DNA from: Callorhinchus milii
Taxonomy: Eukaryota
Direction of reading: 5' to 3'
NCBI RefSeq assembly: GCF_018977255.1
Contig: NW_024704757.1
Coordinates: 7,006,001-7,070,000 of the forward strand
Length of the DNA stretch: 64,000 nucleotides
Under the pieces are notes generated by a model. The model was not told where the DNA came from. It saw only the letters and a list, made by a program, of their open reading frames with translations, and did not search any database. The first letter of the stretch is position 1. Each line of letters opens with the position of its first letter. Made by a program: the position numbers and the translations under genes. Positions 45,261 through 57,176 of the stretch are shown in pieces.

Positions 45261-47031
45261 TCACAAACTCACTGATACACACAGAGGGACAGCTGTTTAA
45301 TCACAGCACAGAAAGTGCTTGAAGGGGCTCTCACGGACCCTGACCATTGACACCTCCCTCCCTACCCCCCAGATATCCCCACCCCACCCACCTCTCCACC
45401 ACCCTCCCCACCCCACCCAACTCTCCCCACCCCCCCCACCCCCCCACCCTGGCCAGCAATGGGGGAATAGCAAGTTTGATAATATAGTAATAAGAATCCT
45501 GGCATTTGATACAGCGCCATATCACATCTTCAAGACGCCTCAAATTGCTTCACAGAATATACTGTAAAGTGAATTGACTGTATATTTTGCGTGTAAAATG
45601 CGGCAGCCAATTGCTCACCACAGTGGATGTCCCACAAACAGTCGTGGATTGAAATCACCAATTTTTTTATTTGAATTACCCCCGTGAGAATGATCTGCCA
45701 GTTGTGAGTTGACACTTTATTGCCAGGTAAACCAAGGCGTGTGGAGTTAGAAAAGTGGCCCCACATTTTGCCCTGCCCGGGAATCGGACCCAGGTCTCTC
45801 GCTTGTGAGGTGAATTATTATTATTTTTTAAGGGATTTGGGAGGGAATGGTTTGGGAGGGAATGGAGGGTGGGTGAAGAGTGAGGCTGTGGAGATGTGAG
45901 CAATGCTGGCACTGAGACTCTGTGACTGTGTGTGTGTGTGGGGTGGTGAGGGGGGGCGGGGTGCGGGGGTGGAGAGAGGCAGAGAGATGGCCTGATGATC
46001 TTTCTCATTCCTCCTTGGTGTCAGATTGATAGGGAACCGTTGGCACCTGCGAACCCCACCCCTGGATAGGCTGCTCTGTTGTGACTAGGAACTGAGGTTC
46101 GAGTCAAGAGATAAGGAAAATCTCTCTCCAGCTCCCAGCCTGAGCTCAGGTGGGTCACGGTGAGAGACTGAGGTCTGGGGGCTCAGGTTGAGGTGGGCTG
46201 TAAGGTATTTGGGGTTTCAGCCGGGTGTTTGGTGATGATAGGTATGGCCGTTGACCAGAGAAACTGACAGCACAAAAGAAGGCTGTTCGGCCATCGTGGC
46301 TGTGCCGGCTTTTATATCGAACTAATCCTTACAGCCCCTGATGTGTATCAGTGGAGGTTCTGGGCGGGTGGGGGAAAGGGAGCTGTTCCATGCCCTGTGC
46401 TGGCTGTGGGGGAGCTCTCCGACTCACCCCCCACCCCCGGCAACACTCCTGTTAATAGGTCCTCAGCTCTGGGATGTGTGTGGGGCGCGATATCAATGCA
46501 GGTTGTTGTAACAGTTTCCCTTTTCAGATGTTTGTCCGGTTTCCTTTTTTGATGTTTGTGCCTGTGAGCCTGTGCGTGTGTGTGACATTATTATTATGTG
46601 GCCGTGTGTGAATGCGTCTGTGTGTGTGTGTGGGTGGGTGTGTGTGAATGCGTGTGAACCCCTAGGTTCACTGACTGGTCAGTGTGGGGAGGGGGCCCTA
46701 TGCCTGTAATGGCATTGAGTGATTATTCCGTGGGCTCTGACCTGTGAGCTGTTGTTTTCTCAGCCCCTATTTATCACTCTTACAACCCGACAGCTTTGCT
46801 TTGACACTGTTTGTCACCTCACTCTCCCACATTTGCAGATCAGTGTACATTAACCCTTCGGTCTCTCTGCTCTTCTGGGGCGGGTGGGGGGTGGAAGCAA
46901 TGGGGAGTGGGCGGGTGGGAAAAGGTGGGGGTGAGGTTAAGGGGGAGGGTGTGGAACTGAGACCAGTCACAGCCCTGGCTGCCGAGACCAGGAACTCGGC
47001 AAAGACTCGGCGCTGGGTGTGAGGAAGATAC

Positions 47032-47037
47032 TTTATT
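47032..47037 (-). terminator. Probable SCNN1G polyadenylation signal
   Basis: TTTATT on + strand, about 150 nt past the SCNN1G stop. Confidence 0.5.
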
Positions 47038-47189
47038 GAGTTTTATCGGATGTGATGACACGCGGCAATGCACGACTGTGCGGCGCACCAGCAATCCCCA
47101 AGGCCGAGCTGGGTCAGACACCCACCCTCCCACCCGCCCGCCCACCACACCCCCCCGCGCCTCACCCCCCCTCCCCTTGCCCAGCACGG

Positions 47190-50100
47190 CTAGAAACGTT
47201 CCTCTTCGGGGCCACCGTTAAAGCCGTGGCATTGCTGCAGCATCTCATAGTTGGGTGGCGGTGCTGTGGGCGGGCATTGCCGGGGCAGACGCAGGGCGGC
47301 GTTGAAGGTCGGGGGGTCTTCGTCCTCCAGGTAGACGGTAATGCCATGAGCCGTGCCGTGCGCCGGGACCTCCTCCTGCTCCGGCCTCTGCCACCAACGG
47401 CGAACTCTCTGCCCAGCGCTCCTCACCAACACCCACAGCGCGTCCACCAGCAACACCTCCACAATCTCGATCACACAGATCACGGAGCAGCTCATCCATA
47501 GCCCCAACTGCCCCCCGAAGTTCGAGAGCAGTGTCACCATCTGAAGCCACAGAGACGTCTCCATCAGAATAATAATAATAATAATAATCATCATAGAATT
47601 TCACAGCCCAGTAGGAGGCCATTCCGCCCATCGTGCCTTTTCAAATACCTCTCCAATTCCCTTTTGAAACTGATTCTGCTTCCAACAATTCTTGTATTTG
47701 ATACAGCGCCTTATCAGGTCATCCAGATGTCTCAAAGTGCTTCACAGGATACACTGTGAAGTGAATTGACTGTATTTTGTGGGACAAACTTGGTAGCTAA
47801 TTGCGCACAGCGACGTCCCCACGAATAGTCATGGACTGAAGCGACTAATTTATTATCATTTTTTTTAAACGGGATTATTACCCCCGGAAAACAATCCGCC
47901 AACCGACTACCAACCGGGTTCCGGCAGCACTCACAGTGTTTGCTGGTTTCTCTGTGATGTTTCTCACGCTCAGATCCGCGTAGTAAATGTCCAGGCTAGC
48001 AAGCTCGCTCCTGGGCGGGAGGAGAGGAGACACTGTCAACGCTTCCGCACACCGTGCACTTCCTCTCTGTATTTACACAAGACCCCAAATAACACAGATC
48101 TAACCCTCGACGTCTCAAGGCGCTTTACGGAATATACTGTAAAGTGGAGTGACTATATATTTTGTGGGTGAAACACGGCAGCCAATTGGATACAGCAGTG
48201 TTCCACAGACAGTCGTGGTTTGAGTAACCAAATTATTATTACTATTTTTAAAAAAAATTTTGAAGGGATTATTACCCCTGGGAAAGCGATCTGCAGATCA
48301 ACTAACAACCGGCTTCCTACTTACTGCTGGTAAACAGAGGCGTGTGGAGTAAGGAAACTTGCCCAATATTTCAGCCTGACCCGGGAATCAAACCCAGGTC
48401 CTCTCGCTTCCGAGGCGAGTGCTCTAACCACTGAGCTACAGGACTCCATAAATGCCCACCCCCAGTAGAGTAGAGCTGGCTGGCGGGTTTGGATCTGGTG
48501 GGATTCTTGCTCAGACTCACGTGCTCAGTGTTTTATTGCCATCCCGGCCTCGTTCCCAGCTCAGCAGACGAAGCACCCAGTCCTGTTGGGGTGGGGGGAA
48601 CAACAAAATTAGGGAGAGGGTCCTGGTTTAGAGACCCCACCCCACCCACTGTGGAGTGCATGTGTGTCTGCGTGTGTCTCTCTCCCTTTGTGCCTGTGTG
48701 GAACACTCTTCCTCTAACCCTCCACTTCCTTCCCCATCTTCAGGTGTGAGAGACAGATGGGGGGGGCCACTCCCCCCGCCCCCACCACCAACCACCCTTG
48801 CTGGGAGCTGTCCTGTGTGTTGCCCGACTTTGACGATTTGGGGTAAGTTTTGGACCGTGTTGTGCAGCAGAGATTAACCAGTGATTAACCATAATGATTA
48901 ATGACGGTGCCGGAGCACCAGGGGGGGAGTGCGACACATGGAGGGGCCGGAGTTAATCAGAACAGAGATTCTCAGCTAACAGAACAGTGAGGTTTCCAGG
49001 CCTGAGAATCTGACAGAAACCCCCAGAGCAACACAGAGTGTGTGAAACACAACAACAACAACAACAACACAGTTGCAGCTTATCCGAGCCTCCAGCCAAG
49101 CTCACCTCAGCGCTCTGTGCCGGCCACTGGGCAACACTCGTCATCAATGTCCACTCCTTACAGCTGTCAGACACAGAGACACAGACACACACAGACACAG
49201 ACACAGACAGACGCACAGACACACACAGAGAGACACAAACACACAGGCAGGGAGTGAGCATCAGGGTGTCAGCCAAACCCACTCCCCAGTCACCTCACTA
49301 ACCACCCCCCTCACTAACTATACAGCCACTAACTAACACTCCCACTAACTACCCGCCTCACTAACCACCCCTCTCACTTATACAGCCACTATCTAACCCC
49401 CCCCACTAACTACCCGCCTCACTAACCACCCCCCTCACTAACTATATACCCACTAAACTACCCCCTTCACCAACTATCCCCCTCACTAACTACCCCCCTC
49501 ACTAACTAACCCCCCCACTAACCACCCCCCTCGCTAACTATACACCCACTAACTACCCCCCCCACTAACTACCCCCCTCACTAACAACCCACAAATATAC
49601 AGTCAATTCACTAACTATACACCCACTAACCATCGCCCCCACTAACTACCCTCCCCCCCCACTAACTAGCCCTGGTTGAGCCGCTGTGCAGGGTGGAGGT
49701 GGTGGTGGCAGTGACTCACTGACAGGCTTGCCGGCACAGCTCCTGGCACACCAGCTGCTCCCGGTGAAACCGATCCCGAAGTCGGTAATAACAGTAAACT
49801 GCGGAGACAGGAAACCAGGTCTTAGCCAGTCTCAGCCCCGCATTGCGAACCCCCCCCCCCCGCCCCCACACCCCCGTGTACTGTATACACACTGTGCGCA
49901 ATTAATTGGCAGCTGAATTCACGCACAAAATACACAGTCACTGTACTTTACAGTATGTTCTGTGTAGCGCTTTGAGATGTCTTGAAGACGTGATACAGCG
50001 CGGTATCAAATGCAAGGTTTATTAGTATTATTATCCATGCGTGACGGCTGGTAAGCCAGTGGATGGAAGGGGTCAAACCCCTTCCAGAGACGAGGGGAGA

Positions 50101-53100
50101 GAAAGTCAGGAATAGGGAACAAAGACAGGCAAACACACGTGCGTCTGTGGGGGCGGGGTGTGCATGGGGTATAATGACAGCGATGGAACAGACTCACTCC
50201 AGCCCGGGAACCTGTTGTAATCACAATACTGTGCTCCTGGGGGCAATGGCTTCTCATAGTGTCCACACCCACAGGTCTGCACCATCTCCTTTTGGAAGCA
50301 GGAATGAAGGCACATCTGGAAGCAACACAACAGGGATACATCACAGTCACACTGAGAATCATTCCCTACCTCTCTGACCTTCTTACTCCCCAACCCACTA
50401 CCCGCTGCCTCCGCCCGACTGGTTCCAACCTCCTGTTGGTCCCTCCTGCCCTCCGTTCCACCATCAGTGGCCGCACTTTCAGCCTCTACGCCTCGAAACT
50501 CTGGGACTCTCTTCCTCTATCCCTCCGTCTTGCCCCTTCCTTCCCCATCTTCAGTTGATGCCTGAGACCTTCCTCTTTGACCGTACCTACAGTCATCTNC
50601 CCCCCTCCGCTCCAACCCCAGCTCGGCATCGTGCTCCGCCACTGTTAAGCGCTCTGGGATGCTGCCCTGCGTGAGGGGCACAGCGTAAATGCAAGTTGTT
50701 GTTGTTAACCACAGTGTCAGCCCTGCTCTCTGGAACTCTCACTCAAACTCTCACCTTAAAGGTCAGGGAGAAGGAAGGTCAAGAATGCAGCCTCTGGCCG
50801 GCATATTTAATTGGAGAATCCGACCAAAGTAACCCTGACTCATCAACTACACCGCGTGCCCCCAGGAGGGGAGGCCATTCAGCTCACACAGCCGGTTCCA
50901 CTGGTTTATTGGATCATGATTCACGACTGATCTTCCAATCCCATTGCCTGCCCTTCCTCCATTCCCGTCCCTCCCTTCTCGAGGATCTGTCTATCTCCCT
51001 CTTAAATAATCTTAGGAGATCTCCCATGGCGCTGTTCGAAAAGAGAAGGGAGTCTCTCTCTCTCTCTCGCCGACAATCTCCAAGATAAAATCACTTGCTC
51101 ACTTCCTGGCTGTTTGTGGGGATGTTGCGGTGCACGAATTGCGGTGTGAGTGTGCGAATGTGAGTGTGCGAATGTGAGTGTGCGAGTGTGAGTGTATGAG
51201 GTGCTGGCTGACCTGCAGGGAGTAGGACTTGTTGTACAGGTTGTCCTCTGGGAGGTCCTCAATGCAGTCGCTGTAGGGGCCACCCAGCTTGTGAGATTCT
51301 GTCTGTGGGTGGGAAGTGGGGAAGAAGCTCAGTGAATCCTCCTGAGATCCCTCCCCAACTCCCCTGCCTCACCTCCTCACTCCCTGACCTCTTCCTTCCC
51401 TCCCTCCCTCCCCCATTCCCTCCCCCTCTCCCTCCTGATCCCAAACCCCAACTCGGGTTCCAAATCCCTGACTGTCAGGCGCCTTGAGACGTCCTCCCGA
51501 CATAAATATAAGTTGCTGTTGTTGTTGTTGTTGTTGTTGCTGCTGCTGCTCACCAAGTCCAGGCCAATGGAGGTCTCCATTCCGGCCGGGATCGCGATGC
51601 CCAGATCCTCCACAAAGGGATGCTCACTCTGGTCGTGCACCACAATCTTGGCCCCCGTCGAGGTGACCAAGTAGGGGTTGTATTCGTCCTCGTCCAGGTG
51701 CAGAGTCACTTTCAGACCTGGAGGGGGGGGGGGGAGTGGGGAAGGGGACAGGCCGTGATTGACAGACGCCTCAACACCCCTTCCCTGCACACGGCAAACA
51801 GCGTAGCAAGCGCTGGGAGTGAGTGGGGGAAATCGCAGGAGGTTAAAAGGTAAAGGGAAGGAGAGAGTCAAGTGTGAGAGGGAGTGGGCAAGGGAGGGAG
51901 GAGGTGAGGAGATACAGCAGGGGAGAGGGGGTTAAGAGAGGGAGGGGGTGAGAGAGGGACGGGGCGAGGGAGGGGGACGAGGAGACAGAAGAGAGGAGAG
52001 CGGTGATGAGAAAGGGTGGGAGTGCCTTCAGCTCCCCTCTCGACCCTCTACCCCCTCCTCGCTCCCTCCCTTCCCTCCCCTCACCCTGACCATTTCCCCC
52101 CAATGCTCGGGTCCCGACCCAACTGTCCAGCGCCTTGGGACGTCCTGCCGACATGAAAGGCGCTCTATAAATGCAATCTTGTTGTTGTTGTTGTTGTGGG
52201 TGATGGAGGGAGGGAGTGAGGAGACAAGAGGGGGAGAAGGGGTGAGAGGGGGAGCAGGTGAGGGAGGGAGGGAGGGAGTGAGGAGACAGGATGGCGGGGG
52301 GGGGGGTTATTACCGTTCTGGCTGCCCCCGGTGCGAGTGATCAGGACGCGGCCATTCTCTCCTCCGTTGAAGGTGAAGCAGTTGCCGTGGAGCGGGTGCT
52401 GGTGGAGGCTGAAGTTCCTGCGGTAAACGCCCGGCGAGGTCAGTGACAGTCTGAGCACCGTCACCGGGACCCGGTAACCCGTCAGATGTGGGGGGTGGGG
52501 GAGGGCTGGATGGTTAGAGGTAGGGTTGATGGATGGACACGCACGCACACAGGTGGGGCGGAGCAGGGATGGATACAGGCACGGAGGGGAGTAGGCGTAC
52601 ACACACACAGGCAGAGAGGGAGATGGGTTGTACACACACACACAGGCGAGGAGGGGGAGGGGGTGTACACTCACATACACACACAGGCGGGGAGGGGATG
52701 ACCACCCACACAGGCGGAGAGGGGGAGGGGGATGTACACCCACACAGGCGGAGAGAGGGAGGAGGTGTGCGCGCACACACACACACACACACACAGGCAA
52801 ACCTGGAGTCACAGGGGAGGCCGTCGTACAGGCAGGTAAGGAACAGGTCATCGGCGGAGTAGCCCATCGCCCGCTTGTCCTCGGGGGGCACCTGAGCCAG
52901 GAGGTTGTAGTAGTGCAGCTGGTACCACTCTTGCACAGCAGCCATCCCCGAGGTGAAGGTGTAGATGGTACAGTCAGAGCTGTCAATGTCCCCCCCCTCA
53001 CACTGACCGTGGGGGGAGTGGGGGCAACACACACACGCAGACACACGCACGCACACACGCACGCACGCAGACACAAATACATTCACACAGACACGCACAC

Positions 53101-54558
53101 ACGTTAGCACCTTACATTTGATATAGCGCCTTATCACTTCACTGAGACGTCTCAAAGTGTTTCATAGGACATACCATAAAGATTTTTTGGGGGGAGCGAT
53201 TATTACCACTGGAAAGCAATCCACCAATTGACTAACATCCGGGTTCCCATTTACTGCTGGTAAACAGAGGCACGTGTGTGGAGTAAGGAAACATGGCTAA
53301 GGTTTTGCCCTGCCCGGGAATCGAACCCAGGTCCTCTGGCTTGCGAGGCGAGCGGCTTATATTACGGACTGTTGTGTTACGAAGATCTGGATTACGAGCT
53401 GAGCTGCTCAGACGTACCAGCTTGAAGCCGACCAGGTGTTCCTGGTTGAGGATATCGGCGTTGCCGAGCGAGTGGGTGCTGACTGTACCGTTGACCCGGT
53501 GCTGCCGCCTGCTCAGCAGGTTGGACACAATGCTGTACTCGGGGCCCCTGGCCTGGATCTGCAGCAGTGGAATATTCTGGAACAAGCTGGGCCTGCTGCC
53601 CTCGCCGGGCTCCGCCTCGTGCTGGGGTCTGACCTCACCACCATCGTCCTCGGCGTCCGTGTACTTGTAAAGCTCGTCCAACACCGTGAGTGTGGCTTTC
53701 TCCAGTTCCCCCACCAGCCATCTAGTCGCACTGTACCTGTGTTTGGGTCACAGTCAGTCCCTCAGCAGTCCCTCCCTCTCTCTCCCTCCCTCATTCCCTC
53801 CTTCCCTCTCTCTCTCCATTCTTCTTTTCATCCCTCCCTCCCTCCATCCATCTATCTCGCCCACCCTCCATTTTTTTTGACAGCCGGGCCTCTGACACAC
53901 GCAGAAACCCATCACCGTAGGTAAGAGTCTCCAAACCAAACTGAGAGCTCCACGTAAATGTCCCCGTGCCGTGGTGCTGGCGATGAGAGGCGGCGCTGGT
54001 GAGGGTGAGGCTGGCAGGAGGTGGGGCTGGTGAGGTGAGGGTGGTGGGGCTAGTGGCAGGCGGTACTGGCGTGAGGCGGGGCTTGCGGGAGGAGGCGAGG
54101 GCGGGGCCGGCAAGAGCGGGGCCGGCGAGCGCATGGGCGGGGCGGGCATGGGCGGGACCGACAAGGGCGGGGCCGGCGAGGGTGGCGAGCGCGGGGCCGG
54201 TGAGGGTGGGGCAGGCTGACCTGTAGGGGTTAATGTTGCAGATGGTGATGGCCGGGAACGGCAGCTCCTGAAAGTGCACGGTGATGGAGACCGACACGGT
54301 GTAGTAGGCGCTGGCGAGCAGCGCGCACTGCCACACGATGAGGGACGCGGCACAGCCGGTCAGCAGCAACCAGGCCCCGCGGCGCAGCCGACCACGTGAC
54401 ACCACTATCCTGCGGAAGCCATGCGTGTTGGTGTTGTAACAATACCAGCGGGCCAGCTCACTCATGCTCAGAGCCTGGGGTCCCGTCACCGGCAGCTTCT
54501 CCATGATCTTCGCCGACAGTTTCCTCTTCCCCGGCTCCATGGCTCCCACCGACTCCAT
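47190..54558 (-). CDS. SCNN1G: Epithelial sodium channel gamma subunit; 12 coding exons
   Basis: Exons in transcription order: 54221-54558 (second in-frame ATG at 54540), 53418-53736, 52803-53002, 52314-52417, 51554-51717, 51213-51302, 50198-50315, 49720-49798, 49106-49163, 48521-48582, 47935-48010, 47190-47540; all GT-AG and in frame. Motifs: LPVTGPQA, WYC.NTNTHG.RRIVVSRGRLRR, FPAITICNINPY, HGNCFTFN, TM2 LLSNFGGQLGLWMSCSV, PY motif PPPNYEML. Confidence 0.96.
48100..48450 (-). mobile_element. Full-length Deu-type SINE (sense to SCNN1G)
   Basis: ggagtcctgtagctcagtggttagagcactcgcctcggaagcgagaggacctgggtttgattcccgg on the - strand, followed by body and core. Confidence 0.85.
49290..49670 (+). 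repeat. Degenerate (ccactaactacccc) tandem repeat in an SCNN1G intron
   Basis: Directly visible. Confidence 0.85.
50360..50705 (+). mobile_element. L2 LINE 3' fragment
   Basis: [17 protein letters not shown]...FSLYASKLWDSLP and tail gcgtaaatgcaagttgttgttg. Confidence 0.75.
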
Positions 54559-55944
54559 GCCTCAGTCACTGCGGGCGGGCGGGCAGGCGGGGGAGTTACA
54601 CAGTTATAACTAATAATGATAGCGTCTCATCACGTCTTCGAGACATCTCACAGCGCTTCGCCGAATACACTGTAAAGTGTAGTGACTATGTATTTTGCGG
54701 GCGAAACGCGGCAGCCAATTGTGGCCAGCGGCGTCCCCACACACAGCGAGTGACCAATTTTTGTATTTGGGGGATTGTCGGCCAAGACATTGGGCGAGAG
54801 AGAGAAAGTCCCTTCTCTTTTTGAATCGCCCAACACTGCACTGGAGTGGCATCATTGATTAAGCGATTCCAAGTCCCAATGCGGGGGCTTGAACCCACAA
54901 TCTTCTGACTCGGAGGTGAGATCACTACCACTGCGCCAGACTGAGAAACAGCACTTTTATAGACCTTGGAAAAGTCTCCTTGCGCTTCACAGGGTATCAC
55001 TGTCAAATAACAATAGTTTGTGAACGCGGAATTCAAGGTCATACTTGTCTCTGGGAAGGTTAAATTATCTCGGCCGTGAACTGAGCACAGTCACTTCGCT
55101 GGGATCCCGATCAGTGTAAGGTCGGTGAGACTTCACTTTGTAAAAGTGATGGACAGAAACTGGTTCCCAGTTGTCATCGATTCACTTCATTGTGAATTTG
55201 ATGCAGCAACAAAAGCAATGGAGACACTCATACACATGAACTCAATACACACTCACACACCTGCACTCAATACACACTCACACAGATACACACTCTCTCA
55301 CACACACACATGCACTCAACACACACACAGATTCACACACACAAATTCACACACACACAGATTCACACACACTGATTCACATACTGATAGAAACACATAT
55401 ATATGTGGACAGACACACTCACACAGCCACCGGGAGTCAATGAGCATTACAGGTAATCATAACAGCTAATCACAACAGGTAAACACGCAGGTAATCAACA
55501 CAATACAAGATTACATTTGTATAGCGCCTTTCACGCTGGAGGACAGCCCAAGGACATCACACAGGTAGACACAACAGGTAAACACACAGCGACCGAGGAG
55601 CAGAAAGTGACATCTGCAAATTTACTATTAATCACAATTACAGTTGCACCTTGGCTGTGAGCCGTTCACACCTTTCTCTCTGCAGAGCAGTCAGTACCTG
55701 GTGTCGGGTGGGACTGGCAGTGAGGTGTCAGGTCCCTGGGGAGCGAGGGAAGAAGTGTTGGCAGAGATAAAGGACAGACTCCTCTCAGTCCCCGCGGCTG
55801 CTCAGAGCCACGCACACTCTCTGGCTGTGGCCAGAAACCGACTAACACTACAGGGACACAGGCACACATTTACACTGAGAATAATTGACAGCTCCACCTG
55901 GTGTCGTTATTGAGGGGCGGAGGGTCTGTCTGAGCTAACAGCAC

Positions 55945-56235
55945 ACAGGTAAGCCGTACAGGTAAACATTACAGGTAAACCGTACAGGCAAACATTACAG
56001 GTAAACAGAACAGGTAAACATTACGGGTAAACACACAGTTAAACACACAGCTATACAGACAGGTAATCACACGGCTGAACACATAGATAAACACACAGGT
56101 AAATACACAGGTAAACATTACTGTTAAACATACAGATAAACACAGCTATACCGACAGGTAAATACACAGATAAACACAGGTAGACACAAATGTAAACATT
56201 ACAGGTAAACATTACAGGTAAACATTACAGGTAAG
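55945..56235 (+). repeat. 12-14-bp tandem repeat (acaggtaaacatt) upstream of SCNN1G
   Basis: About 20 degenerate units; related units also at 55476-55590. Confidence 0.85.
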
Positions 56236-56281
56236 CAGATGACTGACAGGGTGACACTGACTGGCTAAAGCCAATACTCAG

Positions 56282-56296
56282 CTGCCCTCTAGCGGC
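56282..56296 (-). promoter_or_regulatory. CTCF-binding motif
   Basis: The - strand reads GCCGCTAGAGGGCAG, matching the CTCF core CC(A/G)C(C/T)AG(A/G)GGGC(A/G). Confidence 0.6.
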
Positions 56297-56989
56297 AGTT
56301 TGCTGTCACGCCAGTCAGCTGAGATCCTGTATTGAAGGCAGGAGCTGTGTGTGTGTGACTGTGTGTGACTGTGTGTGTTTGGGGGTGGGGTGGGGGGGGC
56401 TCTGAGCTGTTATGAGATATTTCTGTGAACAAATTGTCTGCCATTTTCGCCTACAACATCTCGCAATAATATCAGTGAAAAAGAACATGTTTGTTTTTAT
56501 AGGCAGGAGGGAGCTCGGTTTAACGTCCCACCTGAAGGATCGGACAATACCGAGCTCCCCCCAGCACTGGGCTGGAGTAACAGCCTGGACAGACATGTGC
56601 TGCTTGAACCACAATCTTTCCCCCCCCCCCCGAGGTGAGAATATGAGTGTGTGAGCCAGGCTGTGACCCTGAGGCCAATGCCTAAGACTGACGATAATCA
56701 CTAAGATTACTGATCAGACTGATTTATTGATTATCCCGGCTCTGTCGCTCTGCCGGTCTGCAATCCACTTGGGGCCTGAAGGTTCGCGTTACCCTTGGGC
56801 CTAACCCTGTTTTTACCCTTTCGAGGTTGACAAACAACGAGAATGTAACCTCCTGAAGACTGGATAAGTACAGATTATCAGTGACTCAGACTGGACAAGG
56901 CGAGTGACTGAGCTCCAACAACAACAAAATTATTATATTCACGTCGGGAGGACGTCCCAAGGCACCCTCCAGGGTGCAACCAAAAACAA

Positions 56990-57176
56990 TAATAAATTGG
57001 TCATTTTCAATCTACGACTGTTTGTGGGACATTGCTGTGCGCAATTGGCTGCCACGTTCGCCCACAAATATACAGTCAATTCACTTTACAGTTTGTTCTG
57101 TGAAGCGCTTTGGGACGTCCTCCCGTCGTGAAAAGCGCTATTTCAAATGCAAGGATTATTATTATTATTATTATTA
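56990..57176 (+). mobile_element. 3' half of the Deu-type SINE (nearly identical to copies at 8527-8695 and 27260-27440)
   Basis: ggtcattttcaatctacgactgtttgtgggacattgctgtgcgcaattggctgcc...caaatgcaaggattattatt. Confidence 0.85.

Noticed and set aside
43637-45322. Long His/Thr-rich ORF (561 aa) and the Cys/Val-rich ORFs at 8674-9979, 42795-43647 and 59513-60271
   Set aside because: Translations of CA/TG microsatellites, some spanning N gaps.
49290-49670. Many ACTAAC branch-point/QKI motifs
   Set aside because: They are on the + strand while the host gene SCNN1G is transcribed from the - strand.
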